The translations under genes and the position numbers were made by a program. Shown here one piece after another: positions 8,444-17,795 of a stretch of DNA of 64,000 bases (within the stretch, counting starts at the first letter, position 1; every line of letters begins with the position of its first letter). The stretch lies in NCBI GenBank assembly GCA_964644695.1, contig CAZXWN010000001.1, forward strand, positions 182,869 through 246,868. The letters are read 5' to 3'. This DNA comes from an uncultured bacterium (GTDB lineage Bacteria; UBP4; UBA4092). The notes under the pieces are model-generated. The model ran no database searches. It was not told the origin of the DNA and was given only the letters and a program-made list of their open reading frames with translations.

Positions 8444-9439
8444 TTGCCTGTGAAGAAGATCATTCATTTAATGAGTTTCTTGGGTCTTCTTTTGTTTATT
8501 TGGTTATTATCTCGATTAGATTACAAGCATATCATCCGAATATTCCAAGATGTAAATTACATATGGATTTTTGTTGGGCTACTATTTACTGTTGTTGAGC
8601 TTTATTTTAAAGCATATAAACTAAAAGGTATTGTGAATTTAGTGGCACCTATTCGATTATGGGATTCCTTTAAAGTTTATCTGATTGGTCTTCCATATGG
8701 AATGGTTACACCCGGGAAAGTTGGGGATGTCGTCAAATTATATACACTTCAGAGAAAAACTGGTATTCAGAAAACGGATTGTCTGGCTTTAGGCTTAGTG
8801 GAACGATTACTTGAGATGATTGCACTGGTTGTTTTGGCCGGGATAGGAATACTTGTTTTAATTGGACATCTGAATCGGCAACAATTTTATATACTTTTTG
8901 CTGCAGTATTTGTAATGATTGTGGGAATGCTAATTATTCTAGATCAAAGATTGGTTAGGTTCTTATTGAGACCGGTGTTTTATTTATTAGTTCCTGCAAA
9001 GATGCAATCCCGTCCAAGAGAATTGTTTTATCAATTTTACGGTGGCATTGAAAAATATACTATTCACCGATTTGTAATGGCAAAAAGTTTAGGATTATGT
9101 TTGCTGGGTTGGTTGGCTGGTTCTATCCGTACTTATTTTTTTGCTAAATCAATTGGTTTGGGTTTGATTACTTTTATACAAACACTTTTCTTAATACCTT
9201 TAGTGACTGTCTTTGAATTACTTCCTATATCAATTTTGGGGATTGGGACAAGAGATGTGTCCTTAATTACCCTCTTTTCTTTAATGGGATATACCTCTCC
9301 TGATATAAAAGAAATTGCAATTTCTCTCTCTTTGATGATGCTTGTTTTGGGTGGTATTCCTCAATCCATTTTGGGCTACTTTATATCCATTAGAGAAAAT
9401 ATCCGATGGCATGATGTTAAAGATCTTGATGATAATTAG
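8444..9439 (+). CDS. UPF0104 / lysylphosphatidylglycerol synthase TM-region (flippase-like) membrane protein
   Basis: Multi-TM; TPGKVGDVVK, ERLLE, LPISILGIGTRD motifs. Confidence 0.8.
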   Translation: MPVKKIIHLMSFLGLLLFIWLLSRLDYKHIIRIFQDVNYIWIFVGLLFTVVELYFKAYKLKGIVNLVAPIRLWDSFKVYLIGLPYGMVTPGKVGDVVKLYTLQRKTGIQKTDCLALGLVERLLEMIALVVLAGIGILVLIGHLNRQQFYILFAAVFVMIVGMLIILDQRLVRFLLRPVFYLLVPAKMQSRPRELFYQFYGGIEKYTIHRFVMAKSLGLCLLGWLAGSIRTYFFAKSIGLGLITFIQTLFLIPLVTVFELLPISILGIGTRDVSLITLFSLMGYTSPDIKEIAISLSLMMLVLGGIPQSILGYFISIRENIRWHDVKDLDDN

Positions 9440-9441
9440 TA

Positions 9442-10572
9442 TTATTTAGGATACTTTTCTATTGTTTTATACGAGTATTCCAAAAACTTTTCTGCAGTAT
9501 TGTCCCAATTAAATGTACCGGCCCAATCAAGAGAACCTTGATAGAGTTTTTGTTGTATTGAAGGATTTCCCAAAATTTGGTCAATATACTTAGCCAGCTG
9601 TTCAATATTCCCATGTTCGATTAAATAGCCAGAGACGCCATCTTTAACTGCTTCTCGTAAGCCTGGCGAGTTACTTGCAATCACAGGTGTCCCACAGGCG
9701 TTTGCTTCGATAGCTGTTAATCCCCAACCTTCTTTTACTGAATTGTATAAAACGATTTGAGATTCTTGCAGGATTCGGACTTTAGTGGACTCATCGACAA
9801 ATCCCCAAAATTTAACGTTATTTGATAATCCCAGTTTTTCAGCTAGCGACTTTAATTGTGGGAGATTATCGCCTCGACCGACGATATTGTATGAAATATT
9901 CGGATACTTTTCTTTGAGTTTAGCCATTGCTAACATGCCATGGTCAATGAATTTGTATCTTTTAATTCGACCCACAAAACAAAGAGAGTTGGGTATGCGG
10001 TTATTCTGGGTTTCTGCTGGGCAATATAAATTATGATCAAGAGCTATATATGCAACATGGATTTTATCTGCCTGAATACCACGGTTAATAAGATCTTCTC
10101 TCGTACTTAATGAGTAAGTCATATAGTAGGGACATCTACGATATACATAAGGTATAAATTGTTCCATGCTCCACACATATGCAGCTGCAGGGAACGGTGC
10201 TTCCTCAAATGCAGTTGTCCCAAAAAGATGCGGTACCAAGGGTAAAACTGGAGTTTTCGTATAAAGTGGAAAGAAAAAAGGAATCTTATCAATTCCCTCT
10301 ATAATGACATCGTAATGATTTTGTTCAAGGTGTTTTTTGAAATAAAAAGGTGCCACCCAGTTGAAATTAAACTTATTTCCTACGCGAATCATCCGAGCCC
10401 CCTCCATCATTTGTTCTGGAGTGGCTCCTGGATATAGCGAATTTAGATAATCTATTTGATGTCCCTGCTGACTCAATCGACGGTATACTTCTTTAAGAAC
10501 AACTTCTGCTCCACCCGCCTCAGGATGAACATAATCTCGGTATTCAACATGTAGTATTTTTAATTTTTTCAT
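9442..10572 (-). CDS. Glycosyltransferase family 4
   Basis: HPEAGGAE, VGRIKRYK, EGWGLTAIEANACGTPVI. Confidence 0.92.
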   Translation of the reverse strand: MKKLKILHVEYRDYVHPEAGGAEVVLKEVYRRLSQQGHQIDYLNSLYPGATPEQMMEGARMIRVGNKFNFNWVAPFYFKKHLEQNHYDVIIEGIDKIPFFFPLYTKTPVLPLVPHLFGTTAFEEAPFPAAAYVWSMEQFIPYVYRRCPYYMTYSLSTREDLINRGIQADKIHVAYIALDHNLYCPAETQNNRIPNSLCFVGRIKRYKFIDHGMLAMAKLKEKYPNISYNIVGRGDNLPQLKSLAEKLGLSNNVKFWGFVDESTKVRILQESQIVLYNSVKEGWGLTAIEANACGTPVIASNSPGLREAVKDGVSGYLIEHGNIEQLAKYIDQILGNPSIQQKLYQGSLDWAGTFNWDNTAEKFLEYSYKTIEKYPK

Positions 10573-10671
10573 TGTTAGAAAATATTAACGCAATCAGGCT
10601 CAGGATAAAAGGTAGATATTGTTTTACAAATGCTAATAGCTTTAGGATAAAATACAGGACAAGAGTAAATT

Positions 10672-11409
10672 ATGGTACCTGACAATAAGAAAATATCCAT
10701 AGTTATGCCGGCATATAATGAAGAACGGCATATCTATAATAATATTCTAGAGACTCGGCAATATTTTATTGATGCTGGATCTTTATTTGAAATTATTGTT
10801 GTTGATGATGGCAGTTCGGATCAGACACTTAGTCAGGCAAAGATGGTAATGGAGAAAAACCCTGAAGTTAAAGTTATTTCCTTGTCACGAAATATGGGGA
10901 AGGGGTGGGCTTTAAGGGAAGGTGTCTCGCATGTCACTGGGGACTATGTTGCATTCATTGATAGTGATTTAGATTTACATCCCAGACAACTGTCTTTGTT
11001 CTTTGATATTATGCAGGCAGAGAATGCAGATGTCGTTATTGGTTCAAAACGTCATCCGGATTCAAAACTGAATTATCCTAATAATCGTAAGTTTATCTCC
11101 AATGGTTATTTCTTCCTTGTAAAATATCTCTTCGGGCTTCCCATAAAAGATACACAAACTGGTTTGAAGTTATTTAAAACCGAAGTGATAAAGAAAGTGT
11201 TCCCAAGAATCTTAGTGAAACGCTACGCCTTTGATTTGGAAGTGCTGGCAGTGTCTAATCACGATGGATTCAAAATTGCTGAAGCTCCTATAGTTTTGGA
11301 ACACCATCTTAAGTACGGTCGAATTGGTTTCAAAGCAATATGGGAAACATGGTGGGACACGATGGCTGTCTTCTACCGTTTGAAAATTCTAAAATATTAT
11401 GATCGTTGA
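10672..11409 (+). CDS. Glycosyltransferase family 2, polyprenol-phosphate glycosyltransferase (DPM/DPG synthase-like)
   Basis: SIVMPAYNE, VDDGSSD, GKG, FIDSDLD, DTQTGLK, FDLE. Confidence 0.9.
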   Translation: MVPDNKKISIVMPAYNEERHIYNNILETRQYFIDAGSLFEIIVVDDGSSDQTLSQAKMVMEKNPEVKVISLSRNMGKGWALREGVSHVTGDYVAFIDSDLDLHPRQLSLFFDIMQAENADVVIGSKRHPDSKLNYPNNRKFISNGYFFLVKYLFGLPIKDTQTGLKLFKTEVIKKVFPRILVKRYAFDLEVLAVSNHDGFKIAEAPIVLEHHLKYGRIGFKAIWETWWDTMAVFYRLKILKYYDR

Positions 11410-12431
11410 TTATGACTTCTTTACCTAAAGTATCTATTGTAATAGCAGTTGGCCCATGGAACGATTTTCTTAAGGAATCCATAGGTAGATGTCAGGAACT
11501 TGATTATCCTGACTATGAAATTATTGTACTTCCTGATGAGTTACCAGACCAACTTCCTGATGGTGTCCAGGTTATTCCAACCGGTCGAAAATCTTCCCCT
11601 GGTTACAAACGAGATCTCGGTGCTGAGCATTCAAAAGGTTCTATAATCGCCTTTTTGGATGATGATGCTTATCCCGCCCAAGGTTGGTTAACAGCCGCTG
11701 TTAGTGTTTTTCTATCTGATGATTCAATTGGCGCTGTAGGGGGACCTGCCGTTACTCCACCCCATGATTCATTAAGCCAACATGCTAGCGGTCTTATATA
11801 TAGTTCCTTACTCGTTGGTGGTAATTACCGATTTAGATATATCCCACAGATTCAACGTGATGTTGATGATTATCCTACCTGTAACTTACTTGTACGAAAA
11901 GATGTCTTTAATGCTGTCAGTGGATTTGATACCAACTTCTATCCTGGAGAAGATACCAAACTTTGTCTGGATATTACAAAGAAACTTGGGAAAAGGATTG
12001 TATATCATCCTGATGTATTGGTTTATCATCACCGTCGTCGTATGTATAAGCCACATTTGAGACAAGTGTTAAATTATGGATTACATCGAGGGCATTTCGT
12101 AAAGAGATTTCCTGAAACCTCATTTCGGTTATCTTATTTTCTGCCTTCTATGTGGAGTTTAGGTGTGGTTTCAGGTTGGACTGTGTATTTTGTTCATCCC
12201 TGGTTATTTTATTTCTATACAGGGGTTATAGTCTTTTATTTGCTTATTGCTGTGCTGACATCGATTAAGGAAGGATGTCTAGCTGTTGTTGCAAAATCTT
12301 TGTGGGATCGAATCAAGTTAACCTATTGGATTTTTACCGGGTTAGCAGCGACGCATTTTGTTTATGGACTGTGGTTTATGAAGGGTTTGGTTATTAAGCA
12401 TTTACCCGAAGAACAGCCTGTCCGTAATTAG
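11406..12431 (+). CDS. Glycosyltransferase family 2 with C-terminal TM helices
   Basis: AFLDDDA, GED motif, C-terminal hydrophobic segments. Confidence 0.85.
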   Translation: MIMTSLPKVSIVIAVGPWNDFLKESIGRCQELDYPDYEIIVLPDELPDQLPDGVQVIPTGRKSSPGYKRDLGAEHSKGSIIAFLDDDAYPAQGWLTAAVSVFLSDDSIGAVGGPAVTPPHDSLSQHASGLIYSSLLVGGNYRFRYIPQIQRDVDDYPTCNLLVRKDVFNAVSGFDTNFYPGEDTKLCLDITKKLGKRIVYHPDVLVYHHRRRMYKPHLRQVLNYGLHRGHFVKRFPETSFRLSYFLPSMWSLGVVSGWTVYFVHPWLFYFYTGVIVFYLLIAVLTSIKEGCLAVVAKSLWDRIKLTYWIFTGLAATHFVYGLWFMKGLVIKHLPEEQPVRN

Positions 12432-12497
12432 TAAGAATCTCGTTCGAATTAAAGTCAACTTGCCTCAATCCTTCGTTTTGGGGGATGATTAATTATT

Positions 12498-13028
12498 ATG
12501 TTAATTACTTATCAAGGAATTAAACCCAATGTCGGTCGTTATGCATTTATTGCAGAAACGGCTGTTTTAATTGGTGATGTGCGGATTGGTGCTTATGCCA
12601 GTGTCTGGTATAACTCGGTATTAAGGGGAGATTTGAGCGTTATAGAAATTGGAGACTATTCCAATATTCAAGATGGAACTGTTGTGCATCTTGAAAAAGA
12701 TAATCCAGTAAAAGTTGGAAATTATGTAACTGTGGGGCACGGTGTAGTTCTTCATGGATGTACGATTGAAGATGATTGCTTGATTGGAATGAGCGCAACG
12801 ATATTAACGGGTGCTTACATTGGAGCCGGATCTGTGATTGCTGCAGGAGCTTTAATACCTGAGGGAAAAGTAATTCCACCCCGTTCATTGGTAATGGGGA
12901 TTCCCGGTAAGGTTGTCAGGGAAATAACGGAAGACGAATATCACATCCATGAACATGCTATCCATTATGCAGAATATGCCAGAGAACATTTAACTAATTC
13001 TGAAATTACCCGAAAAAAGGATAAATAG
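12498..13028 (+). CDS. Gamma carbonic anhydrase family (hexapeptide repeat) protein
   Basis: LRGD, NIQDGTVVH, TVGHGVVLHGC. Confidence 0.92.
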   Translation: MLITYQGIKPNVGRYAFIAETAVLIGDVRIGAYASVWYNSVLRGDLSVIEIGDYSNIQDGTVVHLEKDNPVKVGNYVTVGHGVVLHGCTIEDDCLIGMSATILTGAYIGAGSVIAAGALIPEGKVIPPRSLVMGIPGKVVREITEDEYHIHEHAIHYAEYAREHLTNSEITRKKDK

Positions 13029-13029
13029 T

Positions 13030-14334
13030 ATGAAGATACTTGATTATAAAAAATCCCAGGATAAATCCACATTCGCTGAATTAGTGTCCCCTAAAATATT
13101 GCGTGATATCGATGTTGAAAACACCGTTAGATTAATATTAGATGATGTGAGTCGTAAAGGGGATGCTGCTGTTTCCAAATACATTCGGCAATTCGACAAA
13201 GCCAATCTATCTCCAGCACAGTTCAGAGTTGATGTGGAAGAGATATCGGATGCAGTGAATAAGGTCGAGAAGTCGTTTCTGAAAGCAGCTCGATTAGCTA
13301 TCAAAAATATTACGGAGTATCACAAGTTTCAAATTCGAAAAACCCGTTCCTATCAACGTAACGATGGTAGCCGATTAACCCAAAGGATACGACCCTTAAA
13401 CAGAGTCGGTATGTATGTCCCAGGAGGTTCTGCGCCTTTGGCTTCATCTTTATTGATGTGTGCTGTTCCAGCTAAAGTGGCTGGAGTCCCTGAGATTGTT
13501 ATGGTTACTCCAAGCAATTCTGAAGGTGAAGTGAATCCTTATATACTGGCCAGTGCAAAACTTGCCGGAGTTACTGAAATGTACAGGGTAGGTGGAGTCC
13601 AAGCCATTGGAGCTTTGGCCTATGGCACTGATTCAATTCCCAGAGTTGATAAAATTGTAGGGCCTGGAAATAAATATGTTGTTGAAGCAAAAAGACAGGT
13701 TTATGGGATTGTAGATGTTGATTTGATTCCGGGACCGAGCGAGATATTAGTCATTGCAGATGACACAGCAAATCCATCATGGGTAGCCGCTGATATGCTA
13801 TCTCAAGCTGAACATACCGGTAATGAACGGGTCTTTTTAGTCACTCCATCAAAGTCCTTGGCCAAAGAAGTGGAAAAAGAATTATATGCCCAGGCGAATC
13901 AATTATCGCGAACTCCTCAAATGCTTAGTTCTCTGGAAAAAGGTGGCGTTATTGTAATTACTAAGGATTTAGACCAAGCTGTGGAAATAGCTGATTTGGT
14001 AGCTGCCGAGCATTTGGAAATAATGACACAGGATGCCCGTAAAATAGCCGATAAGGTGAAGTATGCCGGGGCAATTTTTATTGGTCCTTGGACACCGGAA
14101 CCTATCTGTGACTATGTTGCTGGAACGAATCACATTCTTCCAACGGGGGGGACAGGTCGGATGTTCTCCGGTTTAAATCTGGATGAGTTTATTAAAAAGA
14201 CCAATGTAGTTGAAATATCAGATAAAGGTTTTCAACAATTGGCTGAGTCAACCATAATATTTGCAGAAAAAGAAGAATTAACCGCACATGCAAATTCTGT
14301 TCGAGTGCGATTGAAAAATGGAGGTAAGAGATAA
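13030..14334 (+). CDS. hisD: Histidinol dehydrogenase
   Basis: YVPGG, GPGNKYV, GPSE, LSQAEH, EHLE, DYVAGTNHILPT. Confidence 0.96.
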   Translation: MKILDYKKSQDKSTFAELVSPKILRDIDVENTVRLILDDVSRKGDAAVSKYIRQFDKANLSPAQFRVDVEEISDAVNKVEKSFLKAARLAIKNITEYHKFQIRKTRSYQRNDGSRLTQRIRPLNRVGMYVPGGSAPLASSLLMCAVPAKVAGVPEIVMVTPSNSEGEVNPYILASAKLAGVTEMYRVGGVQAIGALAYGTDSIPRVDKIVGPGNKYVVEAKRQVYGIVDVDLIPGPSEILVIADDTANPSWVAADMLSQAEHTGNERVFLVTPSKSLAKEVEKELYAQANQLSRTPQMLSSLEKGGVIVITKDLDQAVEIADLVAAEHLEIMTQDARKIADKVKYAGAIFIGPWTPEPICDYVAGTNHILPTGGTGRMFSGLNLDEFIKKTNVVEISDKGFQQLAESTIIFAEKEELTAHANSVRVRLKNGGKR

Positions 14335-15371
14335 TGAAATATCTCCGTAAATGTCTGAAGAAATTTGATGCTTATACTCCTGGTGAACAACCCCAGGAAA
14401 AGGGTTGGGTAAAACTGAATACCAATGAAAACCCTTACCCACCATCTCCCAAGGTGGGAATTGCATTAAAAAAAGCCGCTGTTGATTCATTAAATTTATA
14501 TCCAGATCCTGTATTTATGGAATTACGGAAGGCGTTTGCGAAGCTGAACCGGGTAAAAGTTAAACAAATATTTTGTGGAAATGGATCAGATGAGGTCTTA
14601 CGGGTATTGTTTGAGGCTTTTGTTGATCCGCGTGAAAAAGTTGTTTATCCATACCCTTCTTACCCTCTGTATAAAACATTGGCGGAATTACACGATGCCC
14701 GATGTGTAGAAATTCCATTAACCGAGGATTTTGATTTGCCTGAATGGAATAATAAGTGGCAGGGTAAATTGTTATTTTTGGCCAGTCCAAATTCTCCTAC
14801 GGGAGGTTTGTATGGTTTAGACAGGATTGAATTGGCTTGTCGCAAATTTAATGGAATTGTTGTGGTTGATGAAGCGTATGCGGATTTTGCAGGATTTACG
14901 ACAATCCCATTGTTAAAGAAATATCCGAATTTAATTGTCTGCCGTACTTTCTCAAAGTCATATTCCCTGGCGGGAATGAGGATTGGAATTGCTGTAGCCT
15001 CTGAAGAAATAATTAATGTCTTATACAGTATAAAAGATTCATACAATATGAGCCGCTTGGATCAAGTGGCTGCCGTTGCTGCATTAGAAGACCAGGCTTA
15101 TTTCAAGTTGGCTGTTTCAAAAGTGATTAAGACACGTCATCGGTTATGTGATGAACTGGTCAACTTGGGCTTTAAAACATATCCTTCTGATGCCAACTTC
15201 GTATTCACCAGCCCACCGGATCGAAAGGGCAAAGATTTATATCAGTATTTAAAGAGCAAAAAGATACTGGTCAGATTTTGGGATAAGGACCGGTTAAGAG
15301 AATCTGTTCGGATTTCCGTTGGAACGGATAAGGAGATTGATATTCTACTGGATGCTCTCCGAAAATATTAA
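14334..15371 (+). CDS. hisC: Histidinol-phosphate aminotransferase
   Basis: KLNTNENPY, GNGSDE, DEAY, RTFSKSYSLAGMRIG; translationally coupled to hisD. Confidence 0.95.
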   Translation: MKYLRKCLKKFDAYTPGEQPQEKGWVKLNTNENPYPPSPKVGIALKKAAVDSLNLYPDPVFMELRKAFAKLNRVKVKQIFCGNGSDEVLRVLFEAFVDPREKVVYPYPSYPLYKTLAELHDARCVEIPLTEDFDLPEWNNKWQGKLLFLASPNSPTGGLYGLDRIELACRKFNGIVVVDEAYADFAGFTTIPLLKKYPNLIVCRTFSKSYSLAGMRIGIAVASEEIINVLYSIKDSYNMSRLDQVAAVAALEDQAYFKLAVSKVIKTRHRLCDELVNLGFKTYPSDANFVFTSPPDRKGKDLYQYLKSKKILVRFWDKDRLRESVRISVGTDKEIDILLDALRKY

Positions 15372-15401
15372 TAATCATTATTAATTATCAGTCATTAAAG
15401 C

Positions 15402-15427
15402 ATCGAACAAGATCGATCTTGTTCGAT
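15402..15427. repeat. Dispersed palindrome copy 1 (26 bp, perfect)
   Basis: ATCGAACAAGATCGATCTTGTTCGAT between convergent hisC and MFS genes. Confidence 0.95.
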
Positions 15428-15429
15428 TT

Positions 15430-16707
15430 TCATGTGTTGCGTTTTATTTTGGTGTCTCTACTGGTAAAATATACCCACCATATTAAGCCTGGGAGGAATA
15501 TAAGCAGACTGATTATATATACGATTGAGGATGGATTACTATTTAGCCGATCCAATCCATATCCAGTTACATAACTCGAAATAGACATCATGATGGTAAA
15601 AAAAGCCCACTCTGTAGCGAAGACCCTTCCACGAATATCCGCAGGCGTAGTAAGTTGTAATAATGATGTTGAAAACACCCAAAGAATACTGGTCCCTGCA
15701 TTGGATATGAGTAAAGCCAGGCAGGCAATCCATATATTTCGAGTCCATCCAAAAAGAGCAAAAAACAGCGCCCCAATCAAAAAAGAGTACCCAATCCATT
15801 TTTTCAAGAATTCTGTTGTGTTTGTTTGGGATGGTTTTATTAGTAGAGGGCCCAGTGCTGTTCCAATTCCTCTTGATGCATAAAGGATTGCAATCCCGGC
15901 ATCAGTACTCCCATTTACCTGATAGTATTTTTGACCATAGAAGCTTAAAAGAACCAATACTCCACCCCCTGCAAGCCCCCAGCCTGATTTGACAAGGCAA
16001 TATGCCATGGAATCTCGATGTTTTTTCAGGTAATTAATGCCTTCGATATATTTTTTCCATGCATGACCCAATGTTAATGGCGATGACGGTAATGTAGAAT
16101 GAGGCACTTTTACTTTAAGAATAAAATACGCTGAAAATAGAAAAGATATTGAATTCAAGATAAATGTAGCATCCCTGCCTAAAAATACACTGACAGCTCC
16201 TCCTGCGACAGCTCCAAGGGTTAGCATGGATGACCATGTGGCAGATGAAATAGCATTGGCTGGTAATACTTCATGGGATGATACGATATCTGGTATGACC
16301 GCTGATTTAGCTGGAGTGAAGAACGCAGAAATGCTGACTTCAATTCCTGTTACCCAATAGATTATCCATATATCTTCTGGCCGTTTCACTAGCAGAAATG
16401 CTAAGACAACCAAGGCTCGTGCAAGGTCGGCGACAATCATGACAACCTTTTTGGGAAATCTATCCGCGATGACACCTGCTAATGGACCAAGGAGAAAATA
16501 GGGAAGTGATCTGAGGATTAGTATAATAGATGCGGTTTCCGCTTTACCTGTTAAGTCCATTAATAAAGACATAATGGCAATCAGATTAAACCAGTCCCCT
16601 AAGTGACTGATTATTTCTCCAAACCAAAGAAATCTGAAGTTCCGATTATTCTTTAGAAGTGATTTGTAAATATTAAAGGATGATTTGATTGAAGGTAAAT
16701 AACGCAT
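15430..16707 (-). CDS. MFS transporter (DHA3/macrolide-efflux-like)
   Basis: About 12 TMs; GPLAGVIADRFPKKVVMIVADL motif A; RGRV. Confidence 0.9.
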   Translation of the reverse strand: MRYLPSIKSSFNIYKSLLKNNRNFRFLWFGEIISHLGDWFNLIAIMSLLMDLTGKAETASIILILRSLPYFLLGPLAGVIADRFPKKVVMIVADLARALVVLAFLLVKRPEDIWIIYWVTGIEVSISAFFTPAKSAVIPDIVSSHEVLPANAISSATWSSMLTLGAVAGGAVSVFLGRDATFILNSISFLFSAYFILKVKVPHSTLPSSPLTLGHAWKKYIEGINYLKKHRDSMAYCLVKSGWGLAGGGVLVLLSFYGQKYYQVNGSTDAGIAILYASRGIGTALGPLLIKPSQTNTTEFLKKWIGYSFLIGALFFALFGWTRNIWIACLALLISNAGTSILWVFSTSLLQLTTPADIRGRVFATEWAFFTIMMSISSYVTGYGLDRLNSNPSSIVYIISLLIFLPGLIWWVYFTSRDTKIKRNT

Positions 16708-16832
16708 GGTTTTATTTTGACATAGAACCCCATTTTTAATAAAAAATATCAGATTAGTAAAGTGCGATAAAATTATTATTAATGTGGGGCACGATGTGTC
16801 TCGCTCTTCTTATTTGGTAAGGATGTTATCTG

Positions 16833-17750
16833 ATGCGAGGAAAATACTCTCTTTCAACCTGTTGGTTGTCACAAAAAATCGTTGATAGTCAACAGTTAAT
16901 AGATACTGTCAAAGATGCGGGTTTTGATTCTATTGAATGTGAATATCGAATCTCTGAAGAGATTCTTATTGGGATTAAAAAGTCGTATAAAGAGAAGGAA
17001 ATAAACATATCCTCTGTCCATAATTACTGTCCAGTTCCAGATATTCTGAAACCTGAACAGGGCAGTGGGGATGCTTTTTCCCTATCTTCATTAGATGAGA
17101 GAGAACGCGATTTGGCTGTTAAATACACGATTAAGTCAATCGAATTGGCTGATTATTTTGGTGGCGTTCCAGTTGTTTTGCATTGTGGAAAAGTGCAGGG
17201 AGTTCAAAATCCCTATTGGACATGGGTACCAATGATTCAAGATGGAAAATCAGAGGAATTAGTAACGCACCGGAATCTTTTTTTTAAATCCATCGAGAAA
17301 CAGTTAGAAAAACATGAATCTGCATTAAAGAAGAGCTTAGATAAATTAAACGAATTCGCATATCCACGAGGAATCCGTCTTGGATTGGAAGCAAGAATGT
17401 GTCCCCATGAATTACCCCGGCCCGAGGGTTTCCGTACCCTGTTAGATGAGTTTAGAGGGGGAGCTTTTGGTTACTGGCATGATGTGGGGCATGCTCAACT
17501 TACCGAGTATTTTGGAATTTGTTCCCATGATGATTTTATTTCATGGTATGCGGATGATCTAATTGGAATTCATTTGATGGATATACATAATGAAAGCGAT
17601 CATTTGGCCCCCGGACAAGGAAGCTTTGATTATATGAGAATTCTTAAATATTTACGGGATGATGTGGTCAGAGTTTTTGAAATCAATTCGTCTGCAACAA
17701 AAGAGATGCTGTCTGAAGGGCAAGAGTATCTTAGAAAAATTGGAATATAA
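16833..17750 (+). CDS. Sugar phosphate isomerase/epimerase (xylose isomerase-like TIM barrel)
   Basis: SVHN, VLHCG, LGLE, WHDVGHAQ, HLMD...DHLAPGQG, FE. Confidence 0.8.
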   Translation: MRGKYSLSTCWLSQKIVDSQQLIDTVKDAGFDSIECEYRISEEILIGIKKSYKEKEINISSVHNYCPVPDILKPEQGSGDAFSLSSLDERERDLAVKYTIKSIELADYFGGVPVVLHCGKVQGVQNPYWTWVPMIQDGKSEELVTHRNLFFKSIEKQLEKHESALKKSLDKLNEFAYPRGIRLGLEARMCPHELPRPEGFRTLLDEFRGGAFGYWHDVGHAQLTEYFGICSHDDFISWYADDLIGIHLMDIHNESDHLAPGQGSFDYMRILKYLRDDVVRVFEINSSATKEMLSEGQEYLRKIGI

Positions 17751-17753
17751 AAA

Positions 17754-17776
17754 AGCCCCGCAATATTTGCGGGGCT
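17754..17776. terminator. Intrinsic terminator (A-tract on the left favours the minus strand)
   Basis: AGCCCCGCAA / TTGCGGGGCT stem preceded by poly-A. Confidence 0.8.
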
Positions 17777-17795
17777 CTGAATAATAGAATACTAA

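Noticed and set aside
16783-16806. TGTGGGGCACGATGTGTCTCGCTC as a GTAG-type REP
   Set aside because: Single, imperfect copy with weak pairing
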